Of a stretch of DNA of 64,000 nt, positions 52,020-64,000 are shown one piece after another. A program made the translations under genes and the position numbers. The number at the start of each line of letters is the position of its first letter. The first letter of the stretch is position 1. This DNA is from Lama glama (lineage: Eukaryota), in the NCBI GenBank assembly GCA_028534125.1, contig CM052816.1, positions 36,706,001 through 36,770,000 on the forward strand. The letters run 5' to 3'. Below the pieces are notes generated by a model. It was not told the origin of the DNA. It did not search any database and saw only the letters and a program-made list of their open reading frames with translations.

Positions 52020-54670
52020 TGTTGTTAGATTAATATACAGAATAGTACATTAAAGCACAAGCAAATACATAGAAATAACTATACAGTTTAAAGAATAATT
52101 ATGAAGTAAGCACTTGAGCAGACAAGATTTCCTCGTGGTGAAGAGAGAACACTTGCCCAGATGCCCAAAGCCCTACAGAAAGACCATAACCACCTCCATC
52201 AATCCTATGACTAACCAGTCTCCTGACTTGTTTGAAAATTGTTTAAGTGCTTTGCTTTTAACTTTTAAAAATTGATGTGTAAACTATTTAAAATAATTTC
52301 AATAGTTTTAATGAACTATAACAATAATATTGAACTATATGTATTTGCTGTCTCTTCTTTCCTAAATACTATTTGTGGATTTTCTGCATTTTGCATATAA
52401 CCACAATTAATTCATTTTTTGTTGCTATAAAGTGCTATAAACAATTCATTTACTGATTTTGATGTTGAGGGACCTTTGGGTTATTTTAAGCATTTGCTCA
52501 TGCAAGGCTGCCATCATCACTCTTGTACATGTCTCTTTGTTCACATAAGCACAGATTTCCCCAGGGAATCAATCCAAGAATGGAATTGCTAGTCATAGGC
52601 TAACCATATCTTCAACTTTTCTAATACCATCTACATTTTTCCCAAGTCATTATTCCAATTAAAATTCTACCAGAAGTTCCTGTGCCTCCACTTCTTCACC
52701 AACATTTTGTATTGACAAACTTCCTTCACCCCCTCCATTCTGGTGTGTATGTATCAGTATTTCTCTGTGGTTTTAATTACAGTTTCCCCATTACCAATTA
52801 GGTTAAGCATTATTTAATATTTTTATTTATTGGCCATCATTTGTAGTTCCTCTTTTGTAAAGAGCCTGTTCAAATTAACTTGCTCATTTTGGTGGTGGAT
52901 TTTGTTGTTGTTTATCGAATCCTTGGAAGGTCTCTCTTTATTTTTTGTTTTACTTTTATTTATTTTTTAATTGAAGTATAGTTGATTTACAAAGTTGTGT
53001 TTCAGGTGTAAGGCAAAGTGATTCAGTCATCTATACATACATACTTATGTATATATATTCTTTTTCAGATTCTTCTCCATTATAGGCTGTTGCAAGATAT
53101 TGAATATAGTTCCCTGTGCTATACAGTAGGTCCTTGTTGTTTATCTATTTCATGTATAGTAGTGTGTATATGTTAATCATAAACTCCAAATTTATCCCTC
53201 CTGCATCTTTCCCCTTTGGTAACCATCTTTTGTTTTTTATGTCTGTGAGTCTATTTCTAGTTTGTAAATAAGGACATTTGTATCTTTTTTAAAAATTTCA
53301 GATATAAGTGATATATGATATTTTTCTCTGTCTGACTTACTTCACTTAATATGATGATCTTTAGATCCATCCATCTTGCTGCAAGTGGCATTATTTCATT
53401 CTTTTTAATGGCTGAGTAATATTCCATTGTGCATATATACCACATCTTCTTTATCTATTTATCTGGGACATTTAGGTTGCTTCCATGTCTTGGCTATTGT
53501 AAATAGTGCTGCTATAAACATTGGGTTGCATGTATCTTTTTGAGTTGGGGTTTTCTCCCGATTTATGTCCAAAAGTGAGATTGCTGGATCATATGGTAAC
53601 TCATTTTTTTTTGTTTTTTAAGGAACCCCGTCATTCCATTCTCCATAGTGACTGTGCCAATTTATATTCCCAGCAACAGTGTGGGAGGATTTCCTGTTCT
53701 CCCCACCCTTTCCAGCATTTATTATTTGTGGACTTTTTAATGATGGCCATTCTGACTGGTGTGAGGTAATACCTCACTGTAGTTTGGACTTGCATTTCTC
53801 TAATTGTTAGAGATGTTGAGGATCTTTTCATGTGCCTGTTGACCAACAGTGTTTCTTCTTTGAAATAATGTCTATTTAGGTCTTCTACCCATTTTTTTTA
53901 TTGGGTTTTTAGTTTTCTAGATATTAAGCTGTATGAGCTCTTTATATATTCTGGATACTAAGATACTAGGTTAAATTTACAGCAAATATCTTTTTCCAAT
54001 ATGCAGTGAATATTTTACTTTCTTTTACTTTATTGTAAATATATATGATATATATTTTATACTTTGTATTTTAATGCCATTCAGCTTAATTTTTTAGGTT
54101 AGTGCTTTTTACTTCATTTTAGAAGTCTCCAAGTATTTGGAAAACATGAAGATAATGTGTGTTACCTTATTTCTCTTTATAGTTTTGTTCTGTAATAATT
54201 CATCAAAAAATCCTGTTCTTTTCCACCAATATGCAGTTCTAACTATGTAAAATATCAAGTATTCATGTATGTATGGTTTGTTTAAAGTTCATTTTTTCTG
54301 CTTAGTTGACATTAATTTACCATTATGTCACTTTGACACTATTTTTATTACTATAGGTTTATAATATTTTACTAACAGTTAAGTTAAATTCCCACAAATC
54401 AATCTATTCTTTTTCTTCAAAATTTTATTGGATAGTCTTGGCTCACACATTTTAAAATTCATATTAACTTTTACGAAATTTGTGAATTCTTGTAGAGATG
54501 GCTTTGAATCTATAGATATTTTCATGAAAATGACATTAAAATATTGAATTTTGAATCACTGAACATAATGTATCTCTCCATTTATTTTGGCTTTTTAAAT
54601 GTCTCTCATTAAAATTTTATATATGAAACTTTCATACATTCATTAAATCTATTTTGAAATGACTTTTGTT
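52020..54670 (-). mobile_element. Old L1M element, interrupted by a younger L1 at ~52942-53940
   Basis: 'tttaaagaataattatgaag', 'gaatggaattgctagtcatagg', 'tcttcaccaacattttgtattg'; degraded ORF2 continues after 53945. Confidence 0.75.
52942..53940 (-). mobile_element. Younger L1 3' kilobase (ORF2 C-terminus plus 3' UTR)
   Basis: ORFs MWYICTMEYYSAIKKNEIMPLAARWMDL and [36 protein letters not shown]-rich tail at the left end. Confidence 0.95.
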
Positions 54671-54704
54671 CCCATTTCTGTGCTGAAACTCCCTTTCCAG
54701 TAGC

Positions 54705-55700
54705 ACTATCTGTAGCCAAATACAAAGATATGTTGTCAGTCTTCATCTTACTTGATCTCTCAGCAGTACTGACAGAGTTGACCACTGCTTCCTAGATCTC
54801 TCCTTCCTTATCTCCCATGACACTATTCTCATTTTCCTTCTAGCCTTATTTTCCCAGCTTTTTTTTTTTTTTCGCCAGACCTTCTAAGGCTTCTCTCTTA
54901 TACATATAATTCTATCCAGCTGATTTCTTCCATTCCCATGCTGTATATCTTCCCTGTTTACCAACAGTATGTAATTTAAAAATTATTTTCCTCAGACCTT
55001 TTTCAGAGCACCTTTCTAACAGGCTCTCCATAGTGATGTATTAGAATTATCCCAATATTAACATGCCCCAAATTGGACCCTTGATTCCCAACTTAAATAA
55101 ATTTAAATAAATAAGAAAATAATGTTCTAAGAAATTTATCCCCTAAATCAGTAAATTATATCAACTGTCAAATATGTAGAGTGGCTAAAATAAATATTAT
55201 TTTATCATTCTTAAAATATTTCACTGTTTCCTATGAATTTAGAAAATAAATTCAAATTCCTTGATAGGATTGTGAGACCTTGATTACTGAAATTTGTATG
55301 TCTCTTCATTTTTTAACTCCTTTCTTCATTCACCATCTCTCTTTTTTTTAAATTTTCTTTAATGTTTTCAGTTCTTTTCCCCATGACAATTTTTGAACAT
55401 ACTCTCAATTATTATCTCTTGGTAATAAATCTCTCCCTCTCTTCTTTCTGTTTTGAAACTGTAATTATTATTTTGCTCCCAGCTTGAATACCAGTTTCTC
55501 AAAAACTTCCATGACTACCCTACTCTGCCTATATTAGTACTAAAATCTCCATGTAATTCTTTCTCAAAATCCTGTTGGTTGTATGTATGTGTAAGAGTTT
55601 ATTCTCTCTTGCATTAGACTATAAACTCTGTAAGAACTACAGAGTGATTAGCACATATAATCTATCTACTAACAAACAAGTTGTGAAATAAATGGATTGA
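54705..55700 (+). mobile_element. L2 LINE (RT region to 3' end)
   Basis: 'cagtcttcatcttacttgatctctcagcagtactgacagagttgaccact' corresponds to the L2 LLDLSAAFDTVDH region; 3'-end-like 'tagactataaactctgtaaga...ttgtgaaataaatgg'. Confidence 0.8.
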
Positions 55701-56686
55701 TCTGAGATGTAACATGGTCAGTGTTTAGTGTTAAAAACATATATTTTATTAATTTCTAATCTTGTTTCAATGTATTGTTAATAGAAGATTGGTATTAGTA
55801 CAAGTTCTTGTGTCCAGAATCATGCCTATCATTTCCCACTATAACTGAGGTCATTGGAATGAAACACTGTTCTAGGTATTTAAATGCTACAGTTTATTTA
55901 TTTATTAATTTATCACATAACCAAGGAAGGTAGACTTTTAATGATGCACTTACCTGCCCAGATTGAAGCTCTTATAGCTCTCACTAAATCCCTTAATATC
56001 GTGTATGTGTAATGTATTCTGATTTTATATAGCAATTAGACCATAAAATTTATAGGAAAAGGTTATACTTAAGAACATACCTGGAATTTTATTCTATGAT
56101 AGAGTCTGTGATACAGATATATAGTTCAGTGGCTGGCCTTGGATATTATCCCATAGTAAAATGTTTGTCCTTGATCTACTTTTTACTCTTCAGTCTTATT
56201 TAGATCACTATTTTATAACTCTTAGATTACTTTTTCTTTGATGCTGATTATTCTCAGGTTACGTACAGCTATTTCTTTTGCATTTAAAATTGACTGTTTC
56301 CACAGAACAAAAGACAACAGTCTTCAGTTGCATAACACTGAAAAAATTTACATTTAAATTAATTATAAATATACATTATTTAAATGGGATTATGAAATGT
56401 TTGGAGTAACTGAAGAATTAGGGAATGTACATTCTGATACCTTAATTTTACAAGGAAACTATTTTTAGATTGATCAGTTTTAATATGTCCAATATTAAAC
56501 TTTTCAAATTTTACTTTAAATTTTTATTTCTGTATTCTGTAGTTGTTTCAGGAAAGATGTAAGAAAGATAAGTTTTAAAAAACACTTTCAATGAAGTCCA
56601 AATTTGAATTATTTCTGTGCTCCCTGAATATCCACAGATGTTTTATTGGATTAAATGAGAATACCACATGTAATAGTAAGATAGGG

Positions 56687-57034
56687 TGTTAATCTGCTAG
56701 GGCTGCCATAACAAAGTACCACAAACTGGGTGACTTAAACAACAGAAATGCATTTTCTCATAGCTCTGGAGAGCAGAAGTCCAAGATCAAAGTTCTCATG
56801 AGGACTCTCCTCTTGGCTTGCAGATGGCCACCTTCTCACTGTGTCCTCACATGATCTTTCTGTGAAGATTTAATCATGGTGTGTATTCCTGTTTGTTTCT
56901 TAGTTCTATTGGTATCCTTTATGACCTTGTTTAACCTTAAATACTTCCTTAAAAGCCCTAACTCCAAATACAGTTACATTGGTCTTAGGGCTTCAACAGA
57001 CGGATTTGGGAGTAACATGATTTGATCTATAACA
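56687..57034. mobile_element. MLT1A-like MaLR LTR, inserted in a MIR fragment (~56600-57055)
   Basis: 'ctagggctgccataacaaagtaccacaaactgggtgacttaaacaacagaaa...agggcttcaaca...tataaca'; MIR-like 'ggattaaatgaga' on the left. Confidence 0.88.
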
Positions 57035-60000
57035 CTGGGTATTCAAAATATTGACCAACTGATTTTTCATTATTGTTGAAAGTAATAAATAACTGACAAT
57101 TTTAGTAAGTAAATAAGAAGGAAATTATTTCTGATCTTCTTTAATGAAAACTAAAACTGATTATATAATATAACTATAACTAATTGAGGAAGGACAGCAT
57201 AATTATTTCATACACACACACCCCCTCTACATACATATTTGGGAAACATAACATTTGCAGTTCAGATTCAATTTTCCTGCCTGAATGCTGGATCTAGAAT
57301 TTCTTTGTAAGTGAGGATTAGTAAAAGACTTCTGGCCAAAAGTATCCATGTGGTGAACATGTGCAGGAGTATGTATCTATGTTTATATGATTGTCCGTAT
57401 TGAAGTAGTCTAACAAATTCACCTTAAAGATGAATCTTCCTAGCAAGCACACAATTTTGTTTAAGTTTTATGTTCTCCAAATATCTTAGCGCTTCTCCTG
57501 ATAAAGACTGTCCACACATGAGGCACTTTGATTGGTCTTAGGAAAACTTTAAAAAGCTGTGAAGACTAGAAACTGTAGAATAGTTACAAGCACGCCAGCA
57601 CTACTTGGGTGGAGTAGGGGAGAACTTAAACTACATTTGAAAAATGAAGATATTATCATATAAAGTGTCCTATGTCTGTTTCTCTCAGATTGATGGAGAT
57701 TGTATGTGTATGTCTGTGTATGTGAGTGTGTGCACACTTTCTGCTCTCATAGCACTGATATGTTCTAATCTGTACTATCAATTTTGCAGTAGACAATTGT
57801 TCTCCACCTGTTAGCTTTGAACTCCACAGCTGTTCTCGGAATATGATAATCAAAGCTTCTAAGAGTCTTATCTTACCTTTTTGACAAAATTTTAATGTTT
57901 TGCTAAACAGTCCCAGGATGTGTTACATGAGATATGCCATGATGTATCCTTAATTAAAATTATGAAAAATGCTACAATACCTACTTATAAAAGAATAATT
58001 TAATGTAAAAATGATAATAGAGATAAAAATATAAATGATGTGAAAACAAAAAGTGATGCATACACATACAGACACACGTACATACAGCACACACATTTTG
58101 GGGTATGTATGTGGATAAATATGATTATGCCTGGTCACTAAAACTACATGGAACTTACATTGCTGAAACTAGGAAAGAAAATAACAAAATCCTAAGACCA
58201 TAATAAATTCTTTCTCTGTGTGTTTTTAATTATACATACCTTTTCAAAAGAATCTGTACTTTTTTACCCACCCCAGGTCCATCATAAGAATTTCTTTCTT
58301 GGAAAGCCTACTCTCTTTTCTAATGTTTGTCATGCCCATATTTAATATAGCTAAAAACTGGCTTAAAAAAATCCCATCACATAAAGTGTACTTCACATTA
58401 ATCAGTTTCTTCCCAAATATCTTTTATTAACCATAAAACTTAGTCTTTCCTACTATCTTCTAAGTTACCTTCCTCCTTTGAAATTCTGTAAGCATAGCAT
58501 TCACATTGGATCAAGCCATTTGGAGAGTTGAGACTGCCTAGTTATTCAACATGATCTTTTGAACTGATGACACACTTGTCAGTTGGAAACTATATTGAAG
58601 AATCCCAAATTTTTTTCATCACTAAAATAGGTAAACCATTATTTTGCTGGAGATCAGCCTATGGAAAACACAGTAAATAGGAAATATACACTCAATACAT
58701 GTTAGACAATACTGCTTTGAAAGCATTACAATATGTTTGTTTTCAAAAAATTTGCCGTGCTACATATAAATTCTCTTATAATTTTTAACAAAACCTGAAT
58801 TCTAAGAGGTAAAGAGGGAAGAATTTTTATTTGTTCTTTGAGTTAGAAGGTAATGTCAGAATATTAATGCTGGATATTTTGTGTATCAGAATAAAATGTA
58901 GAATGTAAGTTGGAAACTTTTTGTTAGATTAGTGGGAGCTCGTTGGATGGGGATAAGGCAGAAGTGAGGAAAAGAGCAAGCAAAAAATGCAATTTTTAAA
59001 TAGAATAGTGGTGTATTGCAACAGCAGTAATGCAACTACATAATTTGTTTTCTTTAAGTGACCCAAATAGTTGCATTACTACTGTGAATAAACCATTTAC
59101 ATTTGTGGTTAGAAAAGTTTATTTTAGCAATTTCCACACTAAAGGCTTCTCACTAAACAAAGATTCTATGGTGGTAACTTTTTGGTGTGTATAATTGTCC
59201 ACAAAACTATGCCTGAAACTGACATTTCGTGTCATTCATATACAAGTATTCAAAATATAATAATAGCAATAATAATAATAGTAATAAAAGATTTACAAGG
59301 CCAATTATTTAAAAAACAGGGGTCTTTCAAATGTCAAAGAAATTTCTTCGTACACACACATATTAAAATATTGTGGTTCAAATGCAAAAAAGTAGAATAC
59401 AAATTACCATGAAACATATTGATCAGAAATGACCTTTGCTGTCACAGCTTTCTTTTTTAAGAATCTGTTTTCATCTAGTTTATTGTTTCAACATTCCTAA
59501 TGCAGGCAAATGGCACTAGCAAAATGTTTAGAATTTGTTTAATATTTTCTAAAATATTAATTTTATTAGTTACCATAACCAAGAAGTAATTGTCCTTTAT
59601 ACATATTTTATAGATGTGCAACATTACCAAAGAACTCTGGCTTTTAAACGTATATATATTTAACTTGAGGCAGAAAGAAAAGATTCTCATTGTAAACCCA
59701 TCTGGAAACTAGTGCAACCCTTAGGACAGCCTGAGTTTTAGCTGGCCTCAGAGAATATTTACAAAAACTGATGAAATTTCATCATTACAGCTCTCAGTGA
59801 TTGAAGCCAACATATCCAATAAACCTCTATTGAACTTTGTGCTGAGGTTATGAGCATGATGCAGAGATAATTTGGTGTAGGGTAGGAGTATTTTGTTTTG
59901 GTTATAATGAGTTTTTGTTCAAAAAAATGTGTGCTTATAAAATAATGGGACTGATTTTTCTTTCTAGTCTCACAAAACTTATAAAGCTGCTTTTACAATT

Positions 60001-60934
60001 ACAGAGTTTCCAATATTTTAAGGAGAGTCAACTTGATGAAGTAAGCATACATCTATTTTTGACAACTTTGAAGAGGGCGATATATAACTGTCATTTTTGG
60101 TATGCTAATTGGAAAGTTTTCTTTAATAATGTATAGCCACATTTGGTATACAGAGATATAAGTTAAAATTTCCTGTCAGTACTATCTTAAATCTTTATAC
60201 CAATTCTTTATACCAACATATTTAATATTACATGATTTCTTATGGGAAAGAGTTACTAATCATTTTCTATTGAAATGAGAAGGTAACTCAGTCTAGTTAC
60301 ATGTCCCTATGATCCCTGAAACATGACAGATAATGTGATTTTCCATTTTCAGCTAAATGCTTCTGCAAAAAAAGGATATTTTTCAGTAACTATATTATGT
60401 TTAATCAATCCTTTTATTTTAAGAATAATGAGGTTTGTTATTAGTCTTCTCAGGGGAAACAAGCAAATAGCTTTCAGGCAAATAAGTGAATTATCTGTAA
60501 CATTGTCATTGACAAGAAACCTATATTTTTATGCACATAAGTAATGAAGAAATAAAAATGAAATTGAAAAAGCTCTCATATAAGATTCCCTTAAAAGCCT
60601 GTGCTTGGCCACTGTCTACTCTAAGACCCTTATAATATAATCATACATACTTAAATTGTTTGATATTAAACTCATGTTTTTCTCATTTATTTGATGAAGT
60701 TAGTTAGCTCCATCTGTTCCACTAAACAATGAGACTTTTCTTCTGCAAAACAGTTTGAGGACACCCTAATCTTCAACTTTCAGAACCAGTAGTCTTCTAC
60801 ATTTTCTGAATGAAAGATGTACGTATATGGTATTGGCATTCATAATATTTGTTAGAGGAAATCATTTTTGTGTCCAATTTTCTAAATCAAATCCATCTTT
60901 CTCATTCCAAATTTCAATGTATATATATATATAT

Positions 60935-61150
60935 TTCTTTTAATTGAAGTATAGTCAGTTTACAATATTGTGTCAATCTCTGGTGTACAGCATAATGCTT
61001 GAGTCATACATGAACATACATATATTCATTTTCATATTCTTTTTCATCATAAGTTACTACAATAAATTGAATATAGTTCCCTGTGCTGTACAGCATGAAC
61101 TTGCTGTTTATCTATTTTACATAAATTAGTAAATATCTGCAAATCTCGAC
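60935..61150 (-). mobile_element. Young lineage-specific L1 3' end
   Basis: 'ttgaagtatagtcagtttacaatattgtgtcaatctctggtgtacagcataat...ttgaatatagttccctgtgctgtacag'. Confidence 0.92.
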
Positions 61151-61777
61151 ACAGTTCTTATTGGTCATCCTTACATTCATCTTTTCCTAACTTCCTGGCA
61201 CAGGTATGACCCTCAACAATCTCATTAGTTTTGTTTAAGGTCCCAATCCCAGTTGCCTCCTACCTTATCAGGATCCCTAATATTTTGAGGTAATTTTCTT
61301 CTTTATATCTGGTAAGCTGCTTGTTTAGTATTTTCAAATACATTTATCAGCACCTGACTAGAGAAGCATGTTGGTGAAAGGGAGCAAACCTATCAATTTG
61401 ACAGCAGAAAGCACAGAAAAAACTCTTTGAAATGCACCATACTCAATGGCATAGGGGATTCCTAAAGACTACATTTAAAGAAATAAAAGGAGTCAATGGA
61501 AATTAGTTAATATTTTCTGTTTACTTGGAAATGTTAACAGAGAGAAAAGCACAAAATAATTTTTAGGATTCAAGAATTAAAACTGGAATATAATAGGATA
61601 TAAATAGTGAATAGAGTTCTTGATGGCTAAGATTAAAACAAAAACAAAAAACCTGAGAGAAAAAAATCCACATAAATCTTATAGTAGGAAAAAAATAAGG
61701 TTTTATTGACTTGTGAAGATGGTAACATCAGGGTAACATATTCTAACATGGACATATCTCTTCCACAAGACACAGGT

Positions 61778-62010
61778 AATAAAAGACTAATGTTTATTGA
61801 GCTTACTTAAAACATAGTTCTAAGGGCTTCTCTTACATTAATTTACTTAGTAGTCACAAAAAAAGACCTGTGAGGTAAGATCCAATAATTTTCAGTTTTT
61901 ATAGATATTAAAACTGATAATATTTCGAAGGTCAAGAAATTAGTAAATGACAGACCCAGGATTTGAACTTAACTGCTCGGAGTCAAGATAGCTCTATTAA
62001 CCATTATGCA
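61778..62010 (-). mobile_element. MIR SINE
   Basis: 'ctaatgtttattgagcttac...cctgtgaggtaag...aaggtca...tagtaaatgacagacccaggatttgaac...taaccattatgc'. Confidence 0.85.
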
Positions 62011-62394
62011 ACCATATTTATCTTTAATTGAAAAAGAAAGATAAATGTGTAACCTGGGAATATCAATAAAGAATGGCACAGCTATAGCTAAAGGGTGCAG
62101 AGTATTCTATAGCAACTCAGAAGAAGGATATCCATCTCCATGATCTGAGAATTTTTTAACTTTTAAAGTTAGGAAAACTTAAAATAAGTAACAAAATAAT
62201 ACAGAAAGACAGAAGGGAGTACTTGGACTTAAATTGTCCTAAGAGTCAAATTATCTTGAGACCTAATGAAAGGAATAACATTAATAACACATTTTATTTT
62301 TTATGTATTAGAATGTAATATCATAATCTACACAGTAATCTCTTGGGAATCCATAAAAAGAGCAATATAATAGCAAAATATAGTCACTTCAAAC

Positions 62395-62995
62395 TTATGG
62401 ATACCAAATGGCCAATAAACATCTAAAGATCTGTTTAACTTCAGTTGTCACCAAGGAAATGTAAAAATATTCCTAGATACATACCCCAAGGAAATATAAT
62501 CTTCTGTGTGTGTGTGTCTGTGTGTTTCACCAAGAAGACGCTTCTCGTAAGGATAGCAAAACTCTTCCAAAAGCCTAAACTGGAAACATCCAAATATTCT
62601 TCTTCATTGGAGTGAATAAGTTCACTATGGTATACAATAAAATTGTATACAAAAATGAGAGTGAACAGTTCACAACCACATAAGTCTCACAAATATAATG
62701 ATGGATGAAAGAAGTTAGAAACAATGTATACTACAGTTTCATTTATATACAGCTCAAATAAAGTAATAATTATTCTATGGTGTTAGAAGCCATGATAATA
62801 GTTTTTCGGTGAGTGGAAACAGTGATGAAAAGGGGTTTGCACATGGACTCTTGAGTAAGGTTAAGGCTGTTTCTTGATCTGTGTGCTAGTTACACAACTC
62901 TGTTCAATTAGTAAAAAGCCATTAAGCTGTGTACTTATGAAATGGTATTTATATGCATGTGTTTTGTGAATATTTCATTTCAATTAAACATTTCC
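62395..62995 (+). mobile_element. Old L1ME/MC 3' fragment
   Basis: 'caaatggccaataaacat', 'ctaaactggaaacatccaaat', 'tctcacaaatataatg...gaaagaag', 'ttcttgatctgtgtgctagttacac'. Confidence 0.8.
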
Positions 62996-63134
62996 ATAAA
63001 ATTAAATTTCATAGGTAGATTTAGATATAGTGGAATATATTCCCCATGGCAAAACATGAAGTGATATTTAAAAGGCCATTGTCTGTATTTAGTAATACTA
63101 TCAATAGGAGATAGTCAATTATCTATACCAGTTT

Positions 63135-63240
63135 TATATATATATTATATATATTATGTGTGTGTATATATTATATATATACACACACATATATATACAT
63201 GTGTACACATATATACATATATATCATTATATATATGTAT
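63135..63240. repeat. Compound (TA)n/(TG)n/(CA)n microsatellite
   Basis: Read directly from the sequence. Confidence 0.9.
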
Positions 63241-64000
63241 CTTCAGTCCTGTATTTATATGATAGGATTTAAGTATTTATATACTAGCATTATTATTATG
63301 GGTTGAAAAATAAAATAAATCTCATAAAGAAATATAATCATTGGTGCTAAAACTTTTTAAAATTATGGAGCTGTGTATATATTTTTAAATGCTTCCTTTC
63401 GAAAATTATATTCATCTAATTGATTGTGAGAGAAGAAAACACATTTTTAGCCTTAAATGTTTAAAGCAAATAACACATTGTTCCTTCAATTAGCAGTGAT
63501 AAAATTAAAGAAATGTTCCATCTAATCTTCAGGACAATGAGTCTCATAAAAAAGTCATTTTTCTCTAATAACATTTACATAATTTATTTAGAATAAAAAC
63601 TCAAATGGCTTTCTTTTGAAAAACTGCACTTTGATTCCTAATGTTTTAAGTTGATCCTTAAGCACTAAAAATGAGGGTGGAAAAAAAGTTACATTTAATA
63701 TATATTCATTTGCTACATAGGAATAAGACTTTGTAGGTAAAACAATAAAACAAATGAGTAATAACAATGCATCTGGAATTAGGCATAGTATCTAAATACT
63801 TTACATGTATGTAGTATACTTTAATTCAACACTATTTTGAAAATCAGTGAAGTTTTAGTTTTCAAAAAATATTTTACTGTCAATAGAAATTATATGACAG
63901 TTATTGGGAATTAGGTGTATGAATTTGAAAAGCTCCATTCTTTTGCCTGAGACTTAAAAGCCACAGATACTGGTTAAAGGAAAGAATCATACCATAATTT

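Noticed and set aside
55945..56345. Minus-strand splice-like signals (donor near 55950, acceptor near 56340)
   Set aside because: All three frames after the acceptor hit stops, and the short alternative exon lacks a polypyrimidine tract.
59009..59095. Hairpin identified as MADE1/miR-548 or miR-32
   Set aside because: The arms share only short words with those sequences, so it is kept as an unassigned hairpin.

Overview
AT-rich, CpG-poor eutherian mammal DNA, intergenic or deep intronic, made mostly of interspersed repeats: old and young LINE-1 fragments, L2, MIR, MaLR (MLT1) LTRs, MER5 hAT MITEs, an ERV1-type solo LTR and a decayed two-LTR ERVL-class provirus. I found no supportable host protein-coding exon, tRNA, rRNA or CRISPR array. 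The ORF track consists of repeat-derived or chance ORFs. The young L1 3' ends look cetartiodactyl, and I recognised no Alu, B1, SINEC, Bov or CHR SINEs, so a camelid is my tentative guess (inference). Main observations: (1) a ~1.36 kb TSD-flanked, poly(A)-tailed mosaic retrocopy at 30513-31869 whose antisense L1 segment has clustered A-to-G changes resembling fossilised ADAR hyper-editing; (2) a provirus relic at 35560-~39940 with PBS, PPT and RNase H/integrase remnants; (3) a young L1 joined to an old L1 at the homologous position; (4) a pre-miRNA-sized hairpin at ~59009-59095. Repeat families were named by eye from remembered consensus sequences, so subfamily names and most boundaries are approximate.
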